Assembly (NCBI GenBank): GCA_040954595.2
Contig: CM082586.2
Coordinates: forward strand, 5,628,509-5,692,508
Reading direction: 5' to 3'
DNA from: Balanoglossus misakiensis
Lineage: Eukaryota; Animalia; Hemichordata
DNA length: 64,000 nt
The notes below the pieces were generated by a model. The model had not been told where the DNA came from. It saw only the letters and a list, made by a program, of their open reading frames with translations, and searched no databases. Made by a program: the position numbers and the translations under genes. Positions 1-30,700 of the stretch are shown one piece after another. Position 1 is the stretch's first letter; every line of letters begins with the position of its first letter.

Positions 1-2318
1 TATTAAAGGTCACTTGAACAGGAAAGTAACCCAAAATATGTTTAAACAACGCACTTTTCACAAAGATCAATATTTATGATATAATCTATTTCTAGTTTCC
101 TAGCGTAGAATATCGCATAATGGTAACTCAACAAGCGGACATAGCCTTAGATTATACAGTCTCATGTAAAACTTAGGCAAAATTACCATGGCAAGTGTAG
201 ATATAGCCAATGGCAGATTTTCACGCCATATATGGGCATATATAGATTAAATGTGATTGTAAAACTTTTTAGGGAAATACATGGCAAAAACAGCTTGATG
301 AAGATTCTCATTTACTGATGGACTGAGTATTTAGGGCGATGATATGGTTAATTTAAGTGATCGTAAAAATCATAAAAAGACGAGAACATGTAAATACGCG
401 GCATGGTCTATTGTTACTGACATATGTTTTATTCGTAAATTAGGTCGTAAAACTTAGTGCCATTGAAAAAAAAGAAGTATTTAATGTGTTCTCTATTATT
501 TGTGAACCCATGTACCCGTGTTAATAGCCTGTTTGTAACTCGAAAATAGAACATTCGTGTTTGAATTCATAGACTTTTTTCAATTATATATTAATTATTG
601 ATTTCTCAGTACCCGCCATACAAGAATGGCATCTGTTTCACTAACAGACAAGGAATTGTAATAGTTCGTAATTGTAATGTCCAACGTTGCCCTGAGCAAC
701 AAAATATAAGAAAGGGTTTAAGACGTTGATTTTCGAGGCGCATGTAGTACGTTAAACACTGTCCTTGCATAAATTATGACGGCGTAAAATGCCACGCATG
801 TTTTGGAAGCAATGTAGAAACGTTGATAACTATCTGCAAAATGAAGATAATCTCATCAGGTGTTTTAATGCGAGTTCACCCGAGGGAATCAAGGCGTTCA
901 GACGGAAAATTGTCATTATCAGATTTTACCGACCGTCGTCGGCGTAACCCGTGTCCATTTCTGACATGCTGTTTTAAAAACGATCGAAGGAGTTCGCCTC
1001 TCTGACATAGCTAATGAAGCAAATTACGGCCGGTCTGGTCAGAACGCATTAGGGAGGGGCCAAGCGGCTAAATCGATTCAACAAGTGCCCTTTATTGAAT
1101 AAATCCTCGTTGTAGACAGTGTCTTTTCCAACACTGGCGGTATTTTCTCGGTAGTTCTTTATTCTCATGGGACAATCTGTATTCGCATATGAATTTCTCA
1201 TTTTGACTCATCAAATATACAGCGGAGAAAAGTTTTACTTGGACCAGGTGCAACAAGAATGAAAAATTAAATAAACATCCCTCGAAATTACGGAGAATTT
1301 GATCTTTCGCCATTTAAATCCTTGACACCACGACTATCAAAACAAGTGGGAAAAAAACTCCATTCGTCTTTTACCCCGGCCACTAGAGACACGGTGCCTA
1401 ATTGCTGAAAGGCTTGATTAATTGAAGCATATACAACAATTTGTTTAATTATGCAACGTGTCACACTGAAGAAAATGTCCCAAAGTAGTCCGAGTTGATA
1501 ACTTGTCGAGAGATTGATTAAAAAGTTTATTGATTTGACTCTCCTGGGATTTTATGGAGCAGTAATGTAGAAAACGATAGATTTCAATTCCAAGCCAATA
1601 CATTTATGCGTATTTGTCTCAATGTATTTTGTAATTTTTATGACAGCTACCTTGTAATGGCATTGATGCCGTGTTTTACAGCGAAATTATTAACGCCGTA
1701 TGAAGCATTATGGCAACCAAAATAATCCTTGTGCTACATTTTGTAACGAATTACAGCTTTTCATCTTTCAAAGGATTTGATATTTCAAATAGAACACTTT
1801 CATGGGATTAAGTAAACAAGGAAAATGTCTTCTGTTGATGAAATATGACAGCTATGTGTCAGTGTAGGACAATACAGTGATTCCATAACATTTCCTACAA
1901 CAAACATCTTAATTTTTAGATATGTAAGGTAATAATAGTACATAATATTGTGTGATGACTGTCCTTTTTCACAACATGGGACATCTGTGTGTCTGTCTGT
2001 GTTGCGAAACATTTAGTATTGTACAGTTATGTTAAATATTGTACCAATTTACCTATTGAATGTACTTTGACAGATGACGATATACATCCAGAGTTACTGT
2101 CACATTTGATTATAATTATGTGCATGCAAATTAATGCAAAATACCATCGGAATTCACAGTCCCTTCATTAGCGTATATCTATGAATTATATGATGTATAC
2201 TATATTCCTCCCATTGGGGCTAATTTAATTCACATCTTGCTCATTAAGCAAAATAAAGACTTTTGTATAAAAGCGAATTTGCAATTTGAAATATTAACGA
2301 GAAACTTCATATTTGCAG

Positions 2319-19235
<16,917 letters not shown>

Positions 19236-21059
19236 TGGGCCCCGATGGTGGCGCTATAATTATCTATCAGCCCGGAGCCTTCGATGATAGGTGCAAAATC
19301 TGTTGGTCATGGAGAAAGTAGATCTTTGGAAGTGTCGACCGGAAGATCACATCGAAGCGTCTATTATTGTGGAAATTAATTATTTCTGTTGAAGCGTTAA
19401 GGACAACGCTAATGCCACTTCTGACAAGATACAGACGGCTAATTAATTGTCTTCCAATGACATAATATTAATTATGATTCCCTCAAAGTAGAAAATGCGC
19501 CTACAGTATTTTGCCTGCTTGTGTAAGTGTACTGTTCGTTGAAATACTACTTGAAACCATATAGTGTCCACACTTATATCATGATGCCAGTTCACATAAA
19601 TATTTAAAACAATTCTGACTTAATTAGCATGTAGAGAAACCTAACGAACCAAAAACAAGAACTTCAAAATAGTTTTCTCATGTTTGAAAATTTTAGATAA
19701 AATAGCAATACGTTACAATCATATCGAATGTGTGTACTAACGTTCTTGCAGTATCTGAGATGCGAATGTTTTATATAATAGTGTTACCAATGGGTACTTT
19801 ATGACCTTTTAAAAGCTCGGTTTGTTCCGAAAATGTTTTCTAATTGCTTGACCTTGTGTGAATGTAAAGATGAATTTTCGTTAACATTGTGATAGATTCA
19901 GCACGACGTATAATCGCACACGTTTTAATTCTGAAAAAAAATGGGAGCGATGTCTGATGTTTTATTTCGGAGTCCTTCTTGAAGAACTATAATGATTGAA
20001 GTTTGCCTATGTATACGGACTTCAGTCAAAAATTTAATTTTATGCATTATGACACAATTATATGCACAGCCGATACTCTATGCAGAAAGAGTAGTTGTTA
20101 GTTTTAATATAACGTTAAGAATGACACATGAAAAGCAAATACCAGTACACTCAGATGCATTTATAGAGGGCGCCCTCCCAAAACATTGCGTCATCTCCGA
20201 GAAGGTGTCAGGAAAACGGCGTGGCCATGATGAGTAGGTCACAGAGTGAAAACTTTATCGTCTTTGCGTATCGTGGCCATAGTTGGGACTGACGTTCGAC
20301 AACCACATTTTGTTGTAAGGTAAGATTAACACGCAACTTGTATCATATACTGTACTAGTATACATCAAACCAGACGAGCTCGAGTAGTACCATGTGACCT
20401 TCTGTTCAAGTGTGCTTAGAGACGACGCCATGTTTTGAAAGGGCGCGAAAAAGACATATTAAGTACAGCATTGACAGACGATCTTTCTTTGATCAGGCTT
20501 TTTGTAAAACTACCATGGAACTTACAATTATTTGTGATATTACACTTTATCATGTTTATCGTGATAAACGACACTTGCTTTCTAAGACAAGCACTTTCGT
20601 CATCCATGTTTCTAACACAACTGTACATTTACACTCGTTTTATTGCACTACCACGTTGCTATACTGATTCATGTAAGATTCAAACACAAAATACTTAGTA
20701 CATTCGAGCTGATGCATTAATGCATGCGAAAGCAAAAATCGAGATATTTGCTCAATGGAAAGAGTGGACGTTTGAGCAATTACAGTTTTAGAGCAATGGA
20801 TCCTTTCCTCTGAATTTAATGATTTGTGCATTTAGTTCTAGTTGAATAGATAAAATTTACTTTACATTTACCGTTGTAAGTACATATACATTCATGGCGG
20901 TTTTATTTAGAAAGCTTAACTTAAAGCCAAACGGTTTTGATTTTCCGAAGTATTAATATTTTGCTCGGCAACGTTCAATTCCACTTCAAGTTCTTTTTAT
21001 GTAACTTCATTAAAATGGTCTTAACTTTTTATGGTTACAAATGATCGCTTTCCATTGCC

Positions 21060-21109
21060 TGTTTGTTTGTTTGTTTGTTTGTTTGTTTGTTTGTTTGTTT
21101 GTTTGTTTG
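21060..21109. repeat. (GTTT)n microsatellite
   Basis: Direct reading. Confidence 0.95.
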
Positions 21110-21319
21110 CAAGATGCTAGCTGCCTGCAATCGAGATCCTTCAGTAAGTCACAACAACAGCGAAAGACGTGTTGTGATTCACCTTTTGTGATAGTGCACT
21201 TTTTGCCATTCGATGAAGATCACTGATAACGTTCACCGCCAGAGGACGCTAGTGAAATTCCAAGCATCATAAAATCACCATGCCGCAAGTGGGTCTTCAC
21301 AAATTGCCAGGAACATAAT

Positions 21320-21770
21320 TTAGGGTATGCGTACACAGCATTGCATAGTGTATATCTACCAATCTGTCCTGAGGGGGGCAATATCTGTCAGCTACCTTCA
21401 GTGCAAACATACAATTTCTATGCTTACACAGCATTGCATAGTCATTGTATCGCTGCCAAACTTAAGCTTCAATGAGGGCAGCAACATCTATGGGCTGTCC
21501 TCTGGGCAGATACACACTGCCAATGCTTTAAGCATGAGGAAGCCATGTATTTTTAAGCATAGGAGTGTATGTTTACCCTGAGGGCAGTTCATTGCTGCCC
21601 CGGCCCTCAGGAAGAGGTATACGACGGCACAGTGCTATTAGCATAGGAACTGCGTATCTGCCCTGAGCGCATGGTAGATACCAGTGTACACTATGCAATA
21701 CGGTAACCATAGGAATTGTATGTATGCCCTGGGGACAGCTAGGAAATATTGCTGCTCTCAGAGCAGATTG
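21320..21770. repeat. Degenerate foldback-like repeat: roughly 90-bp subunits in tandem, then in inverted orientation
   Basis: Left half repeats tatgc(g/t)tacacagcattgcatagt...tgaggg(g/c)(g/a)gcaa(t/c)atct. Right half has reverse-complement versions (ctatgcaatac, cataggaattgtatgt, atattgctgctctcag). Confidence 0.55.
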
Positions 21771-24713
21771 AACGTCACGATGTATTACATGTAGTTTGAA
21801 AGAATATGAACAATATAAAATGGTACTTGCCTAACACGCAGTGTTGGTAATGTCCATCATATATATACGCTTGCTGTATATTTATATTTAGAGGCGCCTA
21901 TTGCCAATATGTTTTCTGTGCAAAGGCCACACCGGGGTCGTGTCATAATGATATGAGGTCGGTTTGTATTTATCATCTAGTATATTAGATATATTAATAG
22001 AATTGCCCGTATAATTTATACCAGGAGGTACATGTATGTTATTTATGAAAATTTCTAACGTACCTATGTGACCACACATCAACTAAACATGTGTGTATGA
22101 AACCTAGCTTTCAGGGATATACATTTTATTTATTTCGTGAAAAATTGAGCACTGTGACAGTGTTTTTTCCTGTGACCATTGTTTTGCTAGTCGGGGCTTA
22201 TAATATCGGCTAATATTAATAATTGCGATTTTCGAGTAGGTCTACAGAGGGCGTTCCGTTCGTTTCAGCCCGAACGATCCGACTTCAGTCGTGTCCGAGC
22301 CTTTGATCCGCCGAGCCCCAATGAAACTGTTTGCGGGTGTTCGGATCGGACGCGAATGCCAAACCGTCTGCCCCGAGGTCAGGTTGAATAATCAGTGCTC
22401 ACATCGTTCAGCTGGTGCATGTCTAACGACCCAGGTGCTCTATTGAACGTCTACGTCATTACATCATCAGAGCGTTTGTACTGATAGCAGGTACGCTGTA
22501 CGTGGTGTCCATGTGCTTCTGGTCGTTTGTCGTGCGACGTGCCTGTATACGCAGCGAAAGTTTCCGGCTACGGTCAGTAGATCCCAGCGACACCGGTTAC
22601 AAGGGCAATTTCGGCGGCACGTCTATTTACTTTTGCGCAGCTGTTCGCCAGTTAGAGGTAAGTCTTACGTACACCACACCTCAATTGTCGGAGACTGCAC
22701 TGAACATCACGCTCTTGTCTATTGGATAACTAATCGCAATGCTAACACGGTCAGGACCTGTCGCAGAGATATAAACGGAAAGTCAAATGGTTTCAGGCAA
22801 ATAGGTCGGATATTGATCAGTTTAATTTAATCTATATAAATAACTCGATAAAAGCAGCATAGCGGTCCATACGTCATGGGCTTCATTGCGATGCATAACA
22901 ATGGTTGGCATTCTAAAATAAGATTCCATTTGGTATGCAAATGAAAAAAATGAAATCAAAAGTTTTTGATGAAATAGGCGCTTTTAAAATGGTTTTCCGA
23001 AAAGCTGGTACCAGACGTCGTTCGTTCACACAAAGTATTCAATCTAGAGGCAGACAACAGTGGAGGGTTTTTATTTAGCATTTTCCATACGCCAGAAATA
23101 TACTGCGGGGAATGAGGGTAGAGACTAAAATACACGCCGCATCTGAAGTACATGTAAGTATTCGTGGATCTCTCGATAATTATCCCAACTCCTTCGGTGC
23201 CTAAAGAATTTTTCCGGGGATTTGCGTTTGAAAATGTGATCATTATTTGTGTCGACATATTGCATCCGATAATTTCCGTTTGTGATTCGGTCGGTGACTC
23301 CACAATTCCACGCGGCGTTCTCGTCTACAACTCTGCCAGTCTCGTCCCGAGCGGCTAACTACAAATGTATTCAAGTCTGTCAGAAATCGTCCCCTTGAAT
23401 TAATACCGCAAATTATGGGACATTTGATAGCGCGGCCAAACCGTCTTGACCGATAATGGTCCACTGTTTTTCAAAAACCTGTTCGCGGCTATCCTTTTGT
23501 TTCATGAAGAAGAAGTAACGTGAGTGGACCGGAGCAGCTGACAAAACAGAAAATACTGTATGATACCACTATCCGTCTGTTTGCCTTGAGTTTTAGAAGC
23601 GGTTATTCGAGTGAAACTATAGAAATATGGATGCAGGCATCCGTCAAACTCACAAACTGTTACAATTTGCATAGTCGTTATTTACCTATATAAGCCAGAC
23701 CGATCGATACAATTTGTATGACACTGCACTAGGCACCACCGATCAACCAATTGAACGAATTTAAGCCAAAACAAAATGACATCAGGTTTTCATTATTGCC
23801 GCTGGGCGTACTGGCAAGCCTTAGCTTTCTGCGATAGGTACAGTCGGTCCCTGGCCTTGCTATTGCATGTATGTGTGTGTTGGAGGGGGTAAGGGGCAGA
23901 GTGGTATTTGAAATTTGTGCCAATGACCTGTGCACTTGACGCAATTTATAAAAGCACTGAAGATATTTCTCTCCGTTTCTTCTTAAATTATCTTCATTTT
24001 ATCAGATACTCTTTGAATTCCACTGGTTAATTGATATTCACGCCAACAACATTTACACGTGATAGAATTGGACTCCATTTCAAATCTACTCCCTTGTGCC
24101 GATTTTCCACATGCGTTTATTTAAAAGCAATGATCATGTTCGACCGCATGCTTATGACAAATGATAATTGGCCATCACGAAGCCGACTGCAGACATGAAT
24201 TCAATTTGCATAGAATTAATTATATTAGCCTTTTGACGACTAAAGCTTGACTCTGACTATCGATTTGGCCGCGTTGTGTTTATTCAAGTTCGAAATTAAC
24301 GCAACTAAGTGGATTCCGTTATAATCTCGTTCAATCCATTATTTGACTATCAAGGGGACTTTTCGGTTCGATATTTAGGGGACAAAAGCTTCTTAAGACC
24401 AACACCTCTTGGCTAATTAGCCTCCTTCTCAAGAGGACCTTGCGTGAAAGATCAAAGTATGCCGGCGAATATCTTTTCACCTGCAAGATTTGTCAACGAC
24501 CGTTCAAATATCAATGAGACTTGTCAATGAGGCTCGGTTAGATACCTGGCAATATCAACAATCTAACAGTTACTCTAATACACATCTCAATGTTACAGTG
24601 AATGAGGAATTAGCGCAGTCTATAATTTGCATTTCCTTTTATAATTGAGAGAAAATTAATGACCCTTTCTCTTTCTCTTTCTCTTTCACAGAGTTGACGT
24701 AAATTAGCTCATT

Positions 24714-27700
24714 ATGATGTATTTCCACGCGCTCACGGTATTGGCTTTCTTTGCTGTGCTAAGTTTCAGGTAGGTCAACTATTTGGTTTACCCTATAGTC
24801 TATCACCTGGTTATGATCTTTGTCATTCTACCAACGGACGCTCGTTAGTTTTAGTCTGACAGCAATGGCGACTGCAGTCGACTGCCCTTCGACGTACCTT
24901 TTATTATTCTAGTCCCGTAACTCCTTTATCAGGAAAATATTGACTTCCTTATGAGATCGCTAAAGGTATAATGCGGACCCTTCCCAAAGGATCTGAGAAT
25001 CGTTTTCGGAAATTAAATGTCGAAGTTTTTATTTGGTCTGTAAGCAATCGACGATGAACAAGCATTTTAATGATACCGCCTCAGTGATCACTGTATAATG
25101 TAAGGTGCTGTCTGCAGGAAAAAGTCAAATTGAGTCACGTGTATGGTTTATTTTCAGTCCAAGCGATGACATACATGGAAGTGAACAGAACAAGGGTTAA
25201 AGGGACGAAGTCTCTCTCTCGTTGCCTTTTTCCCATTAATTATGTTTGATACAAGACACCGGTTATGATATTCTGCTATGGATATATAGCAATTCAACGT
25301 TCGACCACACACAATAGACACGAGAGTAAAAAAACGCCAAAATGAATAATCGTTCTCTACCATTTATTCATTTAGGCGAGATTTTTACTCTCATATCCTC
25401 TTTATATTTTTTATATTTTTTGATTGGATTTGTCATGTGTTATGTGTCGTACAGCTGTTACAGTACTTTCATATTTTCTGTGCACTTTCAGGTAAACATG
25501 ACGTTTATGGCATCGTTTTAACAAGTATAACAAAAATAAATGTATGTCGTAAAAATATACACATGCTATATGCATGAAAGCTTTGTATTGAGCTGGTACA
25601 ATTATTGCGCATATATTTAGGTTCATGTACCAGGACACTTATGCAAAACAAATCAACAACATACTCCGCCCAAATAAAACCTTGACATTTTTCTACCACC
25701 TGTTTGCCGTATATCACGTTTGTTTGATGGCCCCGTCTCTCTTTGTGGTGATACATATGTCAAGGTGTTTATAGATAAACAAACATGTTTGTAATGAAAT
25801 TATCACGACTGCTCAAATAATAGCACTCATTCAGGGTGGGTACTAAATTATAGGTCTATTAAGCAATAAAAAGCTATGATCATAACAGATGGTGCCATTG
25901 GTTTGTAATGGTTCGGTACATTTACGTGTAACGTCGTGGTGTGTCTTGGGATACATTCATCCATCCATCCATCCGTCCGTCAATCCATCCATCCATCCAT
26001 CCATCCATCCAAGCGACAGACGTTTCAGCGCACGATAACAATAACATTGCATGCACACACATGCAAGATGTAGGCTGTATCATTCAATGACCTTAAATGT
26101 TCTGAACTCATACAGATGACTCAAATGCAGTATGGGCCTTACAATTAAATAGGCCGCGGCGACACATTGTTGATACATATTTTTGGTGTGTACATTGAGT
26201 TCCATCGTCAACCAGATTTTCCCTAAACCTTGATAAATGTCCCTTATTCAGGCTATTTCACGTAGCGTAGATGTTACCCAGGTCACTAAATAAAAGATTA
26301 ATACCTTTCACAAATACTACAGATGGTACTATGTACATCCAGGCGAAAGCCCAGACAAGCCTTTGCAAACAACGGTCTGTGTTTGAGATGAAGCTATCAA
26401 TTACCGGATAGAATGCATTTTTATGTATAGTTCCGTTTGAACAAGGTCGTATATTACTGAATGCTATACTGGCGTGATTGCGGAGCTTCTGATACAGCTA
26501 TGTGCCTACTTGTCTGTGTGTGCTGAAAATGGCGAAATATAACTATGATGGTTTACATTGCAGCATGGGAACCAGTAAAGATGACAGGATTGATCACACC
26601 GAGCTGTTAGCATCGCTTCTCGCCAACCATGACAGCCGGATACGACCTAACGTGCACGGTGAGTGTTGCACTAAACGATAAACCATCACTGATACAGAGA
26701 ACATCTTTAACGATTTTCAAACTTGAAAAATGCTTCGGTTTATACGCTGGCAAAATTATCAATTAGTACATGTGTTTTAAATTTATAGGTCCACCAGTAA
26801 CAGTGTTATGTGGTCTGTATATTCGAAGCTTTGATTCAATTTCGGAAACAACTATGGTAAGATAGTTTTTAAGTACTTCAATCACGTCGATGAGTCTTTG
26901 TTTGACTAATGGGCATCCCCAATTTGTATTGCATATTCCGTGGTCAAGCTTGGCCACGATTGGCCAGAATGGGTCACGTGACTATAAATATTCCGGGGAA
27001 ATCGTCACGGCGGCCATTGCACGATCACGTGACATGCACGCGTTCCTGCGATTGGGCAGTTGTCGATAAGGTGTCGTCTGCACGAACGTCGGCAGCTGAC
27101 TGTCGAGACTTCTGAGAGTATAGTCGATATTTCTTTCAGAGTAAATTTATTACCACGAGGACATCGCCATATATTCCAAGTGTCCCCCACGGCTTGCCTT
27201 CGGGCACGGAAAGGCAATTTATTTTTTCCAACTCTGTACACGAGTGATGACAATGTTGACAGACGCGCCCGTCGAACTGTGTTTAAATCGGCGAATCTTC
27301 AATATTTGAAGCAACGTGAAGCGTGGTCATAATTGTCCACCATGAGTGTCTCTCAGTTTTTGATATTACCGCACGGAACAACAGCACCGCATTCCTACTT
27401 CCGTGTACGCAGACAGAATGTAATTATCTGCTATCATTCTACCATCCGACAAAATCATGCTTTCCATCAGTACACGTATCTCATCAGAGTGCAATTTAGA
27501 TATTCAGATTTATATGAAATGATGGTAAGCGAATTTTCCGTTGGTTTAACTTCCGTCAGCCGTTGCGGACGGATAAATCTAATAATTTATTGCCATTCAA
27601 GCATGCGTGATTCAATCAATATCAAAACGGATATTGCTGTTTTCGCCTGTGGTTTTATAGGTCTCTATGTTTTTGTTTCCCCACTGTCTATCACAGCATA

Positions 27701-30700
27701 TTGTATACAGGTATACCCAGCAGGCATCGTTTGGATGACTGCAATATTTTAAAATCATCATCATCATTATTATTATTGTTTTTGTCTTAAATCACTAATT
27801 GCATCTCGGGGGAATCGCGCTGCTTCAAAGTCCCATTAGCTGTGAAAATTTGCTATATTTGTTTTTCTTATGCCTGAAGCATGTTGATGGAATACGTTGA
27901 ATTTAGCCCATAAACACACCCTGTATTTGTAGTCAGTCCTGCTATTTTAGAATACCGAATACAGGGCATGAATTCATTTGCCAGAAATAGCAATGTTACA
28001 GTCGCACTGCATGGTTGTGTTTTGAACAAGCGGGGTACTGAGTATTGCAGTATTCATAGGGGCGGGGGAAATCAACAATCATGAAGCTTTGGCCCACTGA
28101 TATTAAAATAGCAGTTGTAGCTGTAAAAGCGGCATAACATGTAAAGGTATAGCATTGCATGTATTGCAATTGTTATAAACTTTACATCAGTCTCCTGCAG
28201 ATATCTGTTGTTGAAACTAATAAGGCACTTTAACTTTACGAATCTGAGGATATCAGCAGTAACATCTACTATGGTTTTAATGTTATGTGAGATGGCACCT
28301 CTCTGACTATAGCATTCTCCAAAACGCGAATCGTAGCAGTATCGTCTATTCGATATTAAAAAATGCAAATTGGAGCGAGGTGTACTCTTACGCGTTCCTT
28401 TACTAGAACCGCGACGAAACGAACCGGTGCCTGGAGAACGAGATAGTTATCCCGAGGTTCGAAATGTATCGATTGGCATCTTTGCATGAAAGCTGCACCA
28501 CGCTTCCAGAATCGATCTATCTCCGTAACTTCTTTCATCTGCGTTGCAGGTGATATTCTCACCACAGAACACAGTATCGATTCCACTGTGTACCACCAGC
28601 GCAATGCTCTGCTGATAGTTGACTTTAGATTTTAAGATGCGGACATTTTAAAACAAAAAATTCAAATGCAGAAAACGGTGCGTCATTTGAAGCATTTCCT
28701 AGCTGTTAAGTTGTCCATACCACTTCTCGAACTCCCCTGTGTATTGTGTAATAATTGTTAATGTTCTGAAAAGTAAACAAAACTCGTTGTCAATTTTGAA
28801 CATAAATGTAAGTGTCTGTGGTCTAGTTTTGTATACTCTTGTTACCCTACGCCGATTTATCTAACCCAGATAATTCCGTCGAAAGTATTAAGTGTCACTG
28901 ACCAAGAGATTTTATGTCTCGGACTTCGATATGATGAATGCATTTCCTGACAAGATAAAATGCCGAGATTCTTCCAAGAAATAAAGGAGTTATTGATGGT
29001 TTATTTCAATTGGGGAATTAAAATTTCATAAGGCACATGGACGTTTGCATAACATATTGGCCAATTGGGAAAAAGGAGTTATGTACATTTCCTGCTCTCT
29101 GATTTATTGCGTCGTAATTTCACAACTTTTATTTTTCAATATTCTGTAATGGTCTCCCAACGCCACACGTATACAAACCTTAGGGGCATTCTGGAGACAG
29201 TTGCATTTTTTCGGAGTAACGATGCAGTTTTGTTTTGACACCTCTAAGTTTTAAAGGTAGTTTAAGTCTCGAATGCATCATAAATGAAAACACACCAGCC
29301 GTCTTGTGCATACTGATACGATACGTGTTATAGTGATTTTGTATAAAGTAAATGCTACGAATATTAGTCGAGTCTTCCGACCGTTCTGCTGTATAAAAAG
29401 TATTTTACTTTTTTTCAAATATCTTTCAGATGCGCTTTCTTCATACCGCTTCGATGCGAGGGAAGGTGATTTAGCGTACTGATCATTCATTTGAAACGGA
29501 AATTTTAAAAATTTGCGTAGCACAGAAATGAGTTAAGCGATATGTGTTTTGTAATAGTGTATACGGAAATAGTTACTGTTAAGGCAAATTCCATGTTTAA
29601 TTGTGCACATGCGTAGTACTTGAATAGCTGTTAGCAGTAGCGATACTTTCTCCCTTGGCTGGCGTACATGTAAACTGCTTACTATAGTATCTAATATATT
29701 TTAGAAGTCCTTTATCGTGTTTTATGGTGGAAATTATTGTTATATGCTATTACTATACATAAACCTTATTCATTGTCTCTTCAATTGACTTCGTCTATAT
29801 TGACCAAATGTTGAGATGCTGGCACCATTATTATTATATCAAACAAATAAATGCATTAACAGTGTACTGTGTGTAGTTGGACCAGTCAGTTGTGTAATAC
29901 ATAAAGAAAAATTCTACCTAGAAAAAAATGCTTACCGGGAAAGTTTATATATTCAGATGTGTACACAGAGGCCAGGTGATTCAAAATCTTGTATTTATTA
30001 ATTTTAGGACTACACAATCACTACGTACTTCAGGCAACAATGGAACGACCCGAGGTTGAAGTTCAATGCGTCCGGGTTCATTAATATGAATGGCGATATA
30101 GTTAACGCTCTGTGGGTTCCGGACTTGTATTTTGAGAATGCCAAGGAGACGGATATCCATTCTACCACAAAAGACAACTTATTCCTTCGCGTTTACCCGA
30201 ACGGCGACGTGTACTACAGTGTCAGGTAATCTCAAACAGTCTTTTGGTGAAACTGCTAATTATTATTATAAAGTCACATGCAAATCGTGTCAACATTATG
30301 ATAAAATAATCCGACCAATCATCAGTACACTATACATGTACGTACTTCATGAAATGCTCTTTTTGTTGAAATTCGTAGACTTGGTCTCATTCTGACCTGT
30401 AACATGCATCTGGAAAGATTCCCTATGGACCAGCAACGCTGTAAAATTGAAGTTGAAACTTGTGAGTATACATACTAGCAACGTACTCTATCATTCGCTC
30501 AAGGTTTCATATGAACTATCCCTTCTCAAGTTTTTCCTGACTTTTATTACTATAAAACAGCGCTTTCCATCCAATACTTCGTGAACGTTATATTGACATT
30601 TCTATATGACATTTAAAAATATTTGTATGCACATTATTGACAGACTCCTACACAACCGATAACATGAAGTTGCAGTGGTTCGACTCCAATCCAATCCAAA

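Noticed and set aside
1-500. TTAAAGG start resembling another Kolobok-type MITE end (similar TE-like tracts near 9230-9460, 51380-51610, 60000-60420)
   Set aside because: No matching opposite TIR or TSD could be identified by eye.
1657-1700. Candidate signal-peptide exon for gene A (MALMPCFTAKLLTP|gtatga)
   Set aside because: The phase fits, but the hydrophobic core and donor are weak; the true exon 1 may be outside the window.
19897-19917. TTCAGCACGACG..., partial RE1/NRSE-like site after gene A
   Set aside because: Only the left half-site matches; the GGACAG right half is absent.
22500-22663. Possible non-coding first exon of gene B (GAG|GTAAGT at 22657, acceptor at 24691)
   Set aside because: Plausible, but it rests on a single donor consensus; needs transcript data.
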